The position numbers and the translations under genes were made by a program. A stretch of 61,115 nt of DNA, the filler included. It is 6 parts of 6 records of this genome, joined end to end, with 100 filler letters (N's around TTAATTAATTAA, not from the genome) between each part and the next. Parts side by side here need not be neighbours in the genome. Positions count along the whole stretch, not along the records: positions 1 to 20,910 come from SRR15195285_604; positions 21,011 to 26,457 come from SRR15195285_607; 4 more parts are not named here. One strand, 5' to 3'. Below, in pieces: positions 12,001 to 24,300 of the stretch. The stretch's first letter is position 1, and each line of letters opens with the position of its first letter. The notes under the pieces are model-generated. The model had not been told where the DNA came from, ran no database searches, and saw only the letters and a program-made list of their open reading frames with translations.

Positions 12001-15000
12001 CTCGGGGTATCGTCGCTCAGCTTTGATTTGTCGGTTTGGGATATATTTGGAATTCTCAGTGTGGGTGGATGCCTCGTCATCCCATCAGCTGACTCTGTCA
12101 GAGATCCAGCACAATGGGTTGAGTGCATTCGAGCTCATGGCGTAACGATTTGGAACTCCGTACCACAGCTATTGAGCATGCTCGTTGAGCACGTTGGTGA
12201 CGCACGCGACGTAGCAGTCAACGGGCTATCATCGATGCGGCTGGCTCTTCTTAGCGGTGACTGGATCCCTGTTGGACTACCAACTGCATTCCGTGCAGTG
12301 ACATCTGATGCAACCAGTGTGATTTCTCTCGGTGGAGCCACTGAGGCCTCGATATGGTCGGTGATATTTCCGATTGATGAGGTGAAGCCAGAATGGGTTA
12401 GTATCCCTTATGGTAAAGCTCTGGCAAACCAGCGCATCTACTGCCTGAATGCAAATTTCGAGGTAACTTTGCCTTGGGTTCGTGGAGAACTATACCTCGC
12501 TGGGGTTGGCTTAGCCGTTGGCTACTGGAAAGCACCCGACCTAACAGCCACGCAATTCATTCTGCATCCAGAAACGGGCGAACGCCTCTACAGAACAGGC
12601 GACATGGGACGGCTCACAGACACAGGCGATATTGAATTTCTCGGGCGCGTTGACTCGCAAGTCAAGCTGTCGGGATATCGCGTCGAGCTTGGCGAGGTAG
12701 AAGTTGTTCTACAGAGCCACCCTCAGGTACAACATGCAGTTCCATTGGTGGTGGACATATCTTCGTCTCGGGCCTTGGTGGCCGCGGTTGTGCCTACTGG
12801 TTCTGTGGATGACACTTTTAACACACAGTTGTGCAACTTCGTCAAATCAAGGCTCCCTGATTACATGGTTCCTCGTGCGATCGTTACGATGGACTCTCTG
12901 CCACTCACCAAGAATGGCAAGGTCGATGGCAAGCAGCTTCACGTGCGGATGCACCATGCTATCGAAATGTCACCGGAGCAAGACTTACATGTTTCTCCAG
13001 GGCATGATGTGAAGCATCTCGCTGTATCTTTGGCCTTGGATCCTATTGTATCGAACATTGTGTCGATCTGGCAAGACGTCTTGAAAATTCCAGTGGAACC
13101 AAATTCCGATTTTTTTGTAGATCTTGAAGGGGCGTCTGCTGTGGCTATACAGCTCATCAACACTGTGAATGCTTGTCTGAACACGAAGATGGCTGTCGCC
13201 AAACTCTTCAGCCACCCAACTCCATTGCTCCAGGCCGAGCTCGTCAGGCAGGGAGGAGGTTGCGAATCAATCACACCCATCGTCGACCTTGCACCAAGTT
13301 CAACGGCTTCGCACCGTGTGTACTGTATACATCCTGCTGGGGGCAGTAGCATTTGCTATGCACGAGCTGCTCGAGCACTAGAAAATGATCTGCATCTGTT
13401 TGGTGTCGACGATCTGCATTCGGTGGCACAGCTTTCACAATCTGTTGACGGTTCAGCCGAAGATGTTGCATCACAGGAGGATGACATAGATTTGCATGCA
13501 GATGTGGAGAAAGAATTGTCCATCAAAGAACTGGCAAGACGCTACGCGCAGTTCATTGTCGAGCATGCCAAAGGGGAAGAGTTTGCTCTGGTTGGGTTCA
13601 GTTTCGGTGGGATCATTGCATGGGAGGTGGCATCACATTTAAATGAAGCTAGCAAGGTGGTCGGTATCAGCCTCATCGACACAGATGCTCAGGGCGAAAC
13701 GACAATGACCGACGAGGCAATTTTGGGCAATATCGTAGAGCATTATCGGCGCTCAACAGGGCAGAACGTTGAAACGCTCAATATGCCTTCAAATGCCACT
13801 CAGAATCAGGATGAGTTGTGCCAATTAGTTGCTGATCATATGGAAGAAGCAGGACTGTATCCACAAGGGATTGGGTTTAGCGCGCTGAAGCGGTTCTTAG
13901 CTCTATTTCGTCGGCACATCAGGATGATTGACGCCTACACATTCCCGAGCACGCTAGGAAGACGAGTTCCGGCAATATTTGTGTCGGGTTTAGATTCTAG
14001 CCGACAACAACGGGAGTTCTGGAATGGCCTCTGTACACATTCAGGAGGTTTACTGCACGCTGCTGTACCTGGTCATCACGATGAAATGCTGTCTGAGCTC
14101 CACTCAAGCACAACTGTTGGGTCTTGCGCACAATTCTTCCAGGGCAACCCTCTGCAGTTGACACAGTTGCAAGATGGCAAGAAAGCCCATCTCAAACAAG
14201 TGGTTGTAGAATGTCTCCAAGTTGATATCGATCCTCAACAGCTCTCCGAGGGTACAGACCTGTGGACACTCGGTGCCAACTCAGTATTCTACGTGAAGCT
14301 GCAGCGTCGTCTCAAGAAGGATCTAGGAGTAGATGTACGATTACCTGCTCTACTTGCGGCCCCACGACTGAGTGACTTGAGTGCAATTGTCATGCCACAT
14401 GTTGACACCCACGAAAGCAAACCTGGGGAAGCTGCTCAAAACCCCTCGTGCACGCCATTGCGTGAAGACTATTCGAATCCAGCTGAAGCAGCAGCAGGTC
14501 ACAGCTCCGTTGCAATTATTGGGATGTCTTGCCGGCTCCCAGGAGAAGCGAATTCACCCGAAGAATTCTGGAATAATTTAATCAATTCTGTCGATTGCAT
14601 CAGTAGATTCTCATCAAACAAGTCTGCAGATTCGAATTGGATAGGTGCCAGTGGCTTAGTTCACGGAACCTGGATGGACTGCTTTGACTGTGAACTATTC
14701 CAGATGACACGAAAGGAATCGTCAATATTGGATCCACAACACAGGCTGTTTCTAGAGCTGGTTTGGGAAGCATTAGAACAGTCTGGGATCCGTGAGCGTG
14801 AGAAAGCTGTTGGAGTTTGGTCTAGTTTTGCTCCTAACACCTACCTACAGGCGTTGTTGAAGCAACACGCGGTAGCTGAGCCAACCGGCACAGCAGATAT
14901 GCTGCAGTTACTTCTCGGTAATGAGCGCGACTACGCATCTGCACGACTTTCGTACCTATTGGATTTACGTGGGCCTAGCATGAACGTCCAGACTGCGTGT

Positions 15001-18000
15001 TCTAGCAGCTTGGTTGCGATGCATCTGGCGCGCGAAAGCCTCAACCGTGGAGATTGTGCTGCTGCGGTTGTTGGTGCCGTATCTCTTGCCTTTCCGATGC
15101 GACGAGGCTACACATGGGAACAGGGGGGGATTTTTTCACAGCGTGGTCGATGTGCCGCGTTCGATGTCTCTGCTGATGGTACGGTCCCAGGATTTGGTGG
15201 TGCAAGCGTGATAATGCAACCAATCGGAACTATAGATGCGCAATCCAACCACTATGCTGTGCGTGCTGTGCTGCGTGGCGGTGCAGTGAATCACGATGGT
15301 CGCCGGAAACCTGGCTTCACGGCACCCTCAATGCAGGCTCAATTTGAAGTGCTGCGCGCGGCGTTCATCTCTGCCGAACGAAGCCCGTCCACTCTTGGCA
15401 TGATTGAAGCTCATGGAACCGGTACTGTACTCGGGGACCCGATTGAAGGCACAGCACTTTTGCAGTTGCTTGCATCCGCAACGGATGCTCGTGCGTCGAA
15501 TATGCCTGTAGCCCTGGGCTCTGTAAAAAGCAACATCGGGCATCTCGATGCTGCTGCAGGGCTTGCTGGAGTTGTCAAGGTCGTGTTGGCATTGGAACAT
15601 TCCAAAATACCGCCCACACTTCATGTCTCGCAACCAAATCCTGCGATTCCATGGGGCTCACACCTGGCACCTGTGACGCAGGCCCAAGAATGGCCTGGCC
15701 TCCAGTCAACTGCTGGCGTAAGTTCGTTTGGCATGAGCGGCACCAATGCACATATCGTACTACAGCAGCCGCAGAAGAGTGTCTTGGATGATGCGACACA
15801 AGCTCCAGAGGCTGTTGGCCAGCCTTCCCTACTGACGTTGTCTGCAGCATCAGAAAGGTCGCTTCAAAGTTCCGTCGAGAACTTGCGCAGCTGGGCCAAA
15901 GATCACCCAGATTGCACACTTGCAAACGTAGCGTTGACATTGCACCGTCGCCATGAACACCGGCTCGGTTACCAGGCAACTGCCGTGGCACACTCTAACG
16001 TTCGCGCGATATCCAGCACCGACTTCATCGTGCACCAGTCGGGTGATGTAGACGTGGTGTTTCTGATTCCCGGCCAAGGGGTTCAGTCGCTGGAGCATGT
16101 TGCATCTATGTACTCGTACCACGCAGGCTTTCGCTTGCAAGTCCAAGAATGCTGTGATCTACTGTGTGCACAGGACGAGTGGCAAGCTGTTGGCACTTCT
16201 GTACTACGCGCTATTGCGAGTGGGCGCAGTATTAGTCTCACTGGCCAGGCTGAGCAGCAGGCCTGCGTCTTTGTGGTCAACTACGCAATGTCACAGGTCT
16301 GGATACAGACTGGAGTGACTCCGAGGTGCGTTTGCGGGCACTCTCTGGGTGACCTTGTTGCGTGCTGTATATCCGGCGCTGTAGAACTTAAGGATATGCT
16401 TCGACTAGTTGCCAAACGCGGGCAGCTAGTCGACTCGCTCGCAAGGACTGATGGGGGCATGTTAGCGGTGCGATGTACTGAGGACGTCTTGTGCGCTGAG
16501 CTTACAGAAGCCCGCTGCAGCGGCAAACTTGTGCTGGCAGCAGTCAACCAACAGAACCAGCTCGTTGTGGCAGGGCTGGGTGAGGACGTTGCTCGATTTG
16601 AGTCTCATATGAAAAACCGTGGGATTGCAGCACACCGACTTCCAGTGCAGCATGCGTTTCACACCCTGGCAATGGAGGCAGCATCAAGAGAGCTCAAGCA
16701 GCTTTTCGCGAACATCAACGAACAACCACAGGAGGCTAAGAGCGATGGTGTTGTGCACATATCGACGGTTACAGGTCAGCGACTCCAGGAACAACCGACA
16801 GCGGAATATTTCGCGCAGCAGCTCGTGCTCCCAGTCCAGTTCTGTGCTGCTGTTGAATCGGCAATATGCCACGGACCAAGCTCTGTGGAAGGTGCAGGTG
16901 CCACCACACACCGAGTACTGCTAGAAGTAGGGCCGTCAACTACGTTGACATCGATTGTGGCGGGTTTGGGGACAGGCCTATCATCATTCCCTCACCACAG
17001 CCGTTCGCAAATGGATGGATATTCTCACTGGCTACACACTTGTGGCATTTTGTGGAGCCTTGGTGTGCCGGTGCAGCTTCCTGGACTTACATCCCCTGAT
17101 GAGGCTACTAAATATTTGTCAGGATTGCCGCCGTATGTGTTCGACCGCGAGCAGCTCACAGCTCCGAGCCAGCGAGCAATTGGCGAAAGTGGTTCGAACC
17201 CCAAGAAAGTTGACTCAACTGAAAACACCAAGGAGATGCTGAACAAACTTTTTCAGGACACGTTGGCGTGCAGTAGTCCTGTCGATGTCAACAGCAACTT
17301 TTTTACCCTTCGAGGCTCATCATTGGATGTCGTGCAACTTCTCAACGGAGTTAGGAGCACGCTCGGGGTGACTATCACCATGTCTCAGTTTTTGCAACAG
17401 CCGACAGTGCAGGGGCTTTACGATCTTGTGTCGAGTGGTGACCACACGCAGTCCAGCGACGATTCAAAACCCGTCAGTGGTACGGACACTACCCACAAGT
17501 TTGAATCATGGCACCCACTCAGCTTCAGTCAGGAGGCGATATATGCGATCGAACACATATATCCACGAAATGATGGTGTGTACAACCTTCCGTCTGCCTT
17601 CATTTTTCCAGTAGGGACGCTGACACAGGCACAGCTTTCTGACCATCTGGCTCGTCTGGTCGCTAAACACGATTCCCTGCGCGCTACATTTCGTTCCAAC
17701 AGTTCTGCAACGTCGACTAAGTACACACCATGTATGTCAGTCGCTGACACGTATGTAGTTGAAGTTGAACAAATCTCTATTCATCGAAACAGTCCTGGCG
17801 ACGAGAGTGACGACCAAGAAGCATTAGACAGGGAACTGCGGCGCTTCACCAACAAGCCCTTCGACCTGCGAGCAGGCCCTCTAATCCGAGCAGGTGTTGT
17901 ATCGCAAGTGGTCCTATCGAAAGTGGGTGCGGAAGTGACAGTGGCAGTTGTAGTGCTTCATCACCTTGTCTGTGATGGATTATCAGCTGGTGTTCTGCTG

Positions 18001-19002
18001 GGCAATCTAGCGCTAGACACGATTGATGCTGGCAAGGCTTTAGATCTTCCCGAACAGAGCTATGTGGAATTTGTGAAATGGGAGCGTCGATGGATTGAGA
18101 CGCGTGCAGCTGAGATCGCCTTGGAATACTGGCGGGGTGAACTAGCGAGGCTGCTATACAAGGAAAATGCGATGGTTTTATCTTTGCAGTCAACGATACC
18201 AGCTGACCCAGACCGTGCCAACAGAGCTGATGCATCCCAGCGCAGACTAGCCATCGGCAGAGAACGGAGCTTCGGTGGTGGTTCTGTGGCGATCACATTG
18301 AGCAAGGACACGGTGCAAAACCTCAGAAAAGTTGCAAGTCAGTTCGGTGTTACGTTGACAGTAGTTTTGATGGGGCTATACGCTTGCTCTTTGTGGAAAT
18401 GTGCAGCTCGTAGCAACAATCCAAAACTGATCCCCATAGGCGTGCCCGTGGCGAATCGACCCCATGGATTCCAGCGGTTGGTGGGTTGCTGCATGAACAT
18501 GGTGGTTCTCTGTTGTGATGTGAAGCCCGATGAGCTGCTGACCAAGTTCCTAATTAACATTCAGCAAAAGGTAGCCGCTGCGGTGGATCATTCCTATCCA
18601 TTCACCGAGTTGGTACGAAAACTCGCGCCACCCCGGGCAAGGGGTTACAATCCACTATATCAAGCGGTGTTCAACGTTCGACCCGCCGAACAGCGTCACC
18701 CAGCCACTACTAGCCCGCTGTTGGGTCCGCAGGTGCCTTACAGATTCGATTCTGATCGATCACAGAATGACATTGGCCTCCACTTAGTGGAACCAGCACA
18801 GCAAGAGTCTTCCACGGGGGCTGACGATGACTGCTGTAGCGGATATCTCGAGTACAATGACCAGATTCTCGATCGGTCAGAAGCGACTGATCTCGCCCGA
18901 TCGTTCATTCGCTTAACAAATTACGTAGCTACTAGAAGTGCTGCCGACGAGGGATCGATGGCCACAATATTGTCGACGCTTGATGGTGCTTTCGGATCCT
19001 GA
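94..19002 (+). CDS. Hybrid type I PKS-NRPS megasynthetase, 3 exons (94-518, 599-8606, 8674-19002), ~6,253 aa: KS-AT-DH-KR-ACP-Cy-A[Ox]-PCP-Cy-A-PCP-TE-ACP-KS-AT-ACP-C
   Basis: Removing GT-AG introns 519-598 and 8607-8673 restores the conserved motifs DPQQR|LLLE (KS) and GRNDFQ|VKVRGFRIEL (A8) in frame. Motifs seen: KS1 DTACSSS/HGTGT/GHAE; AT1 GHSVG/GAFHS; DH HDHILQSKIVLP and HPALLD; KR GGLGGLG/NYAAGN; ACP GLDSL; Cy1 DHIILD; A1 TSGTTGVPKG; PCP GGDSL; Cy2 DMLVFD; A2 TSGSTGVPKG; TE HPAGG/GFSFG/GHHDEM; KS2 QTACSSS/HGTGT/GHLD; AT2 GHSLG/HAFH; C HHLVCDG. Confidence 0.93.
519..598 (+). other. Spliceosomal intron 1 of the PKS-NRPS (80 bp, phase 2)
   Basis: GTAAGC donor and TCGTAG acceptor; splicing gives CG+G = Arg in DPQQRLLLE. 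Confidence 0.93.
8607..8673 (+). other. Spliceosomal intron 2 of the PKS-NRPS (67 bp, phase 0)
   Basis: GTAACT donor, T-rich body, TTCAG acceptor; joins ORF 600.. to the frame of ORF 8731.. and restores the A8 motif. Confidence 0.93.
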
Positions 19003-19188
19003 CGCAAGTAGTTGAGTCATGACTGTGCATTTGGTCTAAACTTGTGCAAAATGCAGCCAGTGCCTCAGCATCTCTAGAGTTGGCCTTTGGTACGAATGTA
19101 TCGCATGCCTGTCAAGTGCCGTCTATATTCCCAGCACTTGACACAGACATACACCCACGCGCAAGCGGGGACAACGTTTCTGACTGCC

Positions 19189-20819
19189 TCACGCTGAACC
19201 TCCCACTAGGCAATGCAGCAGACGATGTGTGTCCGAAAGGCGGAAGCTATTCCGCAGCTCTGGACTAACACATGAATTCACAGCTTCGTCTGGCAACGAG
19301 CACTCTTGTAAAGATATACGCTGCTTTGCTGCAGTATCCATCAGAAGTTCGGTGATGTAACCTGCTTCGAGCATCATGAAGCTGAAGCTGTGCTCGCCGT
19401 ACAGAGGCTCAATAGCCGCGAGATCACCGATCAGAAAGAGATAGAATGCGCAAGCGTCATCACCTGTCGCACCAGCACACCCATCACAAGGTGCGCCCTG
19501 CATTTCCTCTTGCAACAGGTGCAGGGAGTGCGTTGATGGTTTGTAGCTGCGCATTCATATCCACAGCTGTCAGTGCCAATCACAGCGCACACAGAAGGGT
19601 ACAGACACACGTGGGTGACACTCACTAGTAGCATCCGCCGCTGAGACCTTCGATCGCGCCTTGGCGAATAGAAAAGTATACCTGTACGGGGTACAGACTG
19701 CCTGCGGATGCATAGCGATACTTCGGGAGCACATTGCCTTCGATATCGATACACATCAAGGCGTCACAGATGCCTGTAATCTGCTGGGTGGCAATAATGC
19801 TCGATGTTGCCCCTGGGTTGCCTTCGCGTGTGTCACGCACATTCGTCGTCGCACGGCTGGAGTTGCTCACAGCTTCCCATTCATGGCCCGTAGTGTCGAG
19901 GTACTGCTGCTTCAACGTTTGAAGATCACGAACAGACTCCGCGACAGTCTTTACGTCAGCTTTCCTGTCGCAGAAACCAGCAGGATCAGGAGAAGCACGA
20001 CAACCAGGTCACCAAATAATGCCCACAAGATCGGACGCACTCGAGTTTCTTGCTGCGAATGTCTGCCATCTTTGCAGCGATCGCTGCTGCAAGTTTGGTG
20101 GCATGGAGAATATCATCCTCGGATTCGTGGCTCTGCGTCTTGTGTGTTGCGGTGTACAGCGTGTAGCCGACAGCCCAACATGTACTTAGCTGCAGCAACG
20201 TGTCCACTGATGCTTCGGTGACCAGTCGCTGAATGTAGCGCTGCAATTCGTTGCCACGCGCAGCGATTCGCCCATCGGCGCCAGGCAACCATGGAAGAAT
20301 GATACCTTTGCCGGGAAATGGCAAATGCGGAGAATAGCTGGTCAACGATTGGCTCGCAAGAAGCTGGTCGTGTCGCCTGCGCAACTCGCTGTAACGCTCA
20401 GAGAACTGAACTGCGCCCGTAGATCTGCTTGCCACAGTAAACTTGTACTTGATGTGAGAATCTGCCTCAACGCCGGCTATCGTGTGCCCAGTGTACGTCA
20501 CGCTGAAACCTTCGTTGCTTGCAGCACCGTATGGACATTTGCACGGAACAGAGCTTGCTTTCGCTTCGCAGAGTTCTGAGCCAGGGACGCTCGCGACGAG
20601 ACCTGGTAGATGACGTTGCACCCGTTTGATGTGCCCTGGTAGAAATCCGAACTCTTTTGCCAGCTCCTCGGGCGTCAGGTCACAGAAGAGAACAAAATCG
20701 TACCCCTGACCGACAAGAGCCTTGGCATACATTTCCACCTGCGCAGCCGGCTTGATCCCCAAATGCTCCGCCAATAGGGTCTTGAAAAATTCGACGGTGC
20801 CGTCTTCATGCTCGAACAT
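19189..20819 (-). CDS. SAM-like + PX domain + SagB/ThcOx-type (NRPS Ox-like, nitroreductase fold) oxidase fusion; exons 20819-20041, 19964-19626, 19546-19189; ~491 aa
   Basis: Introns 20040-19965 (GTGCGT..GACAG) and 19625-19547 (GTGAGT..CTGAC..GCGCAG) join three ORFs in frame. Ox motifs: KYRYASAGSLYPVQVY, GGCYYYKPSTHSL (formed across the splice) and IEPLYG..MLEAGY. PX motifs: ERYSELRRRHDQL, LPFPGK, RGNELQRYIQRL. The N-terminal YAKALVGQGYD..DLTPEELAKEFG..GHIKR segment is SAM-like. The start lies near the contig end, so it is uncertain. Confidence 0.8.
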
Positions 20820-20910
20820 CCTGTCTTTGTTTCGCGTGGCGCTTTGGTGGCTAGCGCACGCTTGTCTCTTATCTCGCGCCCGCTCTCCCCCCTCCTCGCT
20901 GGAGTCACGC

Positions 20911-21010
20911 NNNNNNNNNNNNNNNNNNNNNNNNNNNNNNNNNNNNNNNNNNNNTTAATTAATTAANNNNNNNNNNNNNNNNNNNNNNNNNNNNNNNNNN
21001 NNNNNNNNNN
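20911..21010. other. Artificial contig linker (N44-TTAATTAATTAA-N44)
   Basis: Identical 100-bp spacer with six-frame stops; occurs five times in the window. Confidence 0.97.
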
Positions 21011-21329
21011 GAGATTCCAGGCTAGACCTGTGAAATCGGATGGGTAATCGTCACTGACGCTGCGGAGCAGCACCTTACCCTTCGCTTAAACCATGCTTTT
21101 GAGTGTGTACTATGCAGTCACCAGGTACGCTAAGGACGGCGTACCGCACGAGGCAAATCAGATAAAATGGATCTATTTTCATGGACCCACCACCGGCCAA
21201 AAGGCTGTGATGAACGATTTGACTTGAAAACAACTAAAATTAATGAATTGCATGTGCCAGCGTTGTTCGGACTTCGCTGTGGATTGAGTTCTAACCCAAG
21301 CTGAATCCATCGCCGAGAATTGTCTGAGT

Positions 21330-24300
21330 TCAGTGTGGACGTCTTCGACTGGCATCAATACCGAATTTGTTGAGTTCGATCTCAGGACGGGACCGGGTGC
21401 GGTTGGCACCTTCCACTAGTGTCAGATTTTCGGCTTCTAGCCATAGCAACAAGCCACGCCCTTGTGGCACATCAAATGTGTCAGTCACGCGCAAGCTCGT
21501 TCCGAGTTGAAACCCGTCTATGGGTGGAGCGTAGATCATTTTTGCAGCAAAACCGAGAGCCGCCCAGTCGATTTGCAGCGTGCATCCAACGTCAGCTTTT
21601 GCCCAAGAAGCCACACTGATGAGTGCCCGCTGAGCGTGCCGTAGGTACACTGTCGCCAATACATCTGAACAGTTTGTGCGTGCCGGGCATGACGCATTCC
21701 AGTATCCTAGCATTTCGCTGTCGACAATCCCAAATCGATCCCATACTTCCCAGATGGCGGTCTTGTTTGCGCCGTGCGCAGGGCCATACCTCCAAACCAT
21801 GCCGTACAGCATACCTCGCCATGCGTTGGCTGGATGCGACCCCCCCAGCATCTCACCCATCAAGCCGAATGGCAAGGCCGAGATCTCTACCAACCAGTAA
21901 TCATGAGGCGTGTCGTACGAGAAGCCTTCGCCGAACAATGCACGATCCAGGTACGGCATATGATCCAAAAATTGCAGTGCGGGTGAGACACATCCTCCCT
22001 CGCATGCCCAAGTTTTCGGGTGTGGACAAGAGACGCTGCCACGCTGCAATGTGGAGTCAGTACCATCCGGGAGCATGGAACATGCGTCTGCAAACCCGTT
22101 GCCACCATGCAGATCTGTCAATGCTTCGACAGACCGGTAGTCAGCGGCATCGTCCATCACCTTCCGTACTCGCTTCGCTGTTTTTCGATCAAACGCAATG
22201 CCATCAAGATAGCATCCATCAATCCACGGCCATGATGCCATCAAAGAGTTCACCCCTTCAACATAATAGTTGTTTAAACGGTGCTTGCTCTGCAAGCTGT
22301 TTCTAGCCGCGGCATCATTGGTGCATACGGCTGTGTCGAACGTATCGTTGCCGAGAGGTGTGTCCCAGCATGGGACGTATCCACTTCGCAAGTGCTCCTG
22401 CAACCAAGACATTCCACCAGGTCCATCAGGGCCTGGACGCGGTCGACTCATCGTTGCCCAGTCATCGATGACTTCAGCACCAAGAGAGCGCAGGGGCCAC
22501 ATGATGTCAACCCTTGTACTCAACTCGTTGTTGGTGTAGTACATCTTTACTCTCCCGCCAAGCCGGTGAATTTCCTCAGCAAACAGTGCGAGTGGGGCCA
22601 TTGACGTATTAGCTAGTGGCCAATTGATGTAGCGGTTGGTGCTGGCGCCCTGGTGAATATTGAAAGTTCGAATTCCAGCTGCCCACAGACCAGCAATGTA
22701 CTCCCTAATCTCCGGTAGAGTGGTCGGCACCCACATTCCTGCAATCTGCGCGTACCGCTGGCGAAACTGTGCCGCCGTATCAAGTGGTTGGCACGGCGTC
22801 AGCTGAAGCTCGAAGACAAAGCTTAGTCGAGCGTTCGGCACGAGAGTGTGACCTCCTGAGTACGTAGACAACAAGACCTGGTCGCCGTCTTCAGTCACGT
22901 TTATGCCACCATGAAACAGCGTCAGATTGTGTAAGAACTGACCAAACGCAGTGCGCGTAATATTTTCACGGATATCACCAGCCCAGCTATGTGGAACATC
23001 CACCGCATCATACACCTGGTACCCTGGCAAGGTCCACTCTGATCCGTCGCCGCGTAATTTGAGATGAAGCCCCTGATCAACATCGCCTATCCATAGCTGA
23101 TGGTTGGCCAGGCCGGTCCCCCCACCCATCGCTGGATTTTGGCCTCTAAGCTGCCCGACGCGGCTTGACCGATCAGCAGACCATGACCAGCTCCAGTTGC
23201 TTGGGCGGTATCCGCCGGGTTTGCTCAGACCCATGAAATACGGTACAGCAGCCTTTCGGAGCGGTATCTCAAGCCTGACGTCGTCAACTCTCATTTTCTG
23301 TGACCCTGTGTACAAGATGCTAATGTTGAACATCATATGGCCATCCGCCTCCATATGAGCAGCTGTCGAGACATCCAGCTCATTTGTCAGTGTGCTAATT
23401 GCACTTGTCCACGCGATCGAGTCTGCATTCTCGTCACCGATCTGCAGCTTTCCTGGTTTCATTTGCAGCCGCGTGTTGCCCCTGAGAATATGAAGTGAGA
23501 TGGGTCTGGTGAGCATACCACCGGTCCCCTCTATAGTCACCCTCTTGTGTCGAATCTGCGACGGTAGACCGTAGTCGTCAATAGTGACATCTGCGCCCCA
23601 TGTGGATATGCATTGGCGTGGTCGATCAAGCTGCAGGGCAGAAAAGCGCTTTGCTGGTCTTGAGTCCAAACCCAGTGTGCTATCCAGCCAGCGCAGTCGT
23701 GACATTTTGTCGCCATCTGAGGAGTCTCCTCGATCATGTAGAACTGCTGGACTTAGCTCCATTGAGAACGACAACGACATCTCCAACTCTTCAATGAATC
23801 TGCTGTCACTCACACCCGCTTCCTTCTCTATCAGGACAAACAGAGTGACGGAACCCTGATACGCTTGGGCGACGGTGTCCTTCGAAATGTCGACCGATAC
23901 CCACAACACGCCCACTTCGCCTTGTTTTACATCGATGGTGCGATTGAACGCATTGCCGTTGCTATCCACCCCACCTAGGTTGGGTGATGACAACCGTTCC
24001 TTTTCAATAACTCCTGCTTGCGCTCCATGCATATCGCTGAATTGAGCAGTAACACTCTGAATGTTGGCACGTGCAGCGTAAAGGCCGACCTGAAAGACGA
24101 AATACTCATTCTTCGATGCCGTGCCCAAATGCACAGTTTTGTTTTCCGAAGACGGGCCAGACAGAATCCACGAAAACGGCACCCGATCACGCATACGAAT
24201 GGTCCGCTCACGTGGCTCAGTGAACGCTAGCACAGCGTCTGCTGGGTGCTGAGCAAGCATGATCGCAACTTCGGACTCGGTCGCAACGCGCTCCATATCT

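Noticed and set aside
20911-21010. Repeated TTAATTAATTAA palindrome within N runs (5 copies)
   Set aside because: Fixed 100-bp artificial contig joiner with six-frame stops; not biological.
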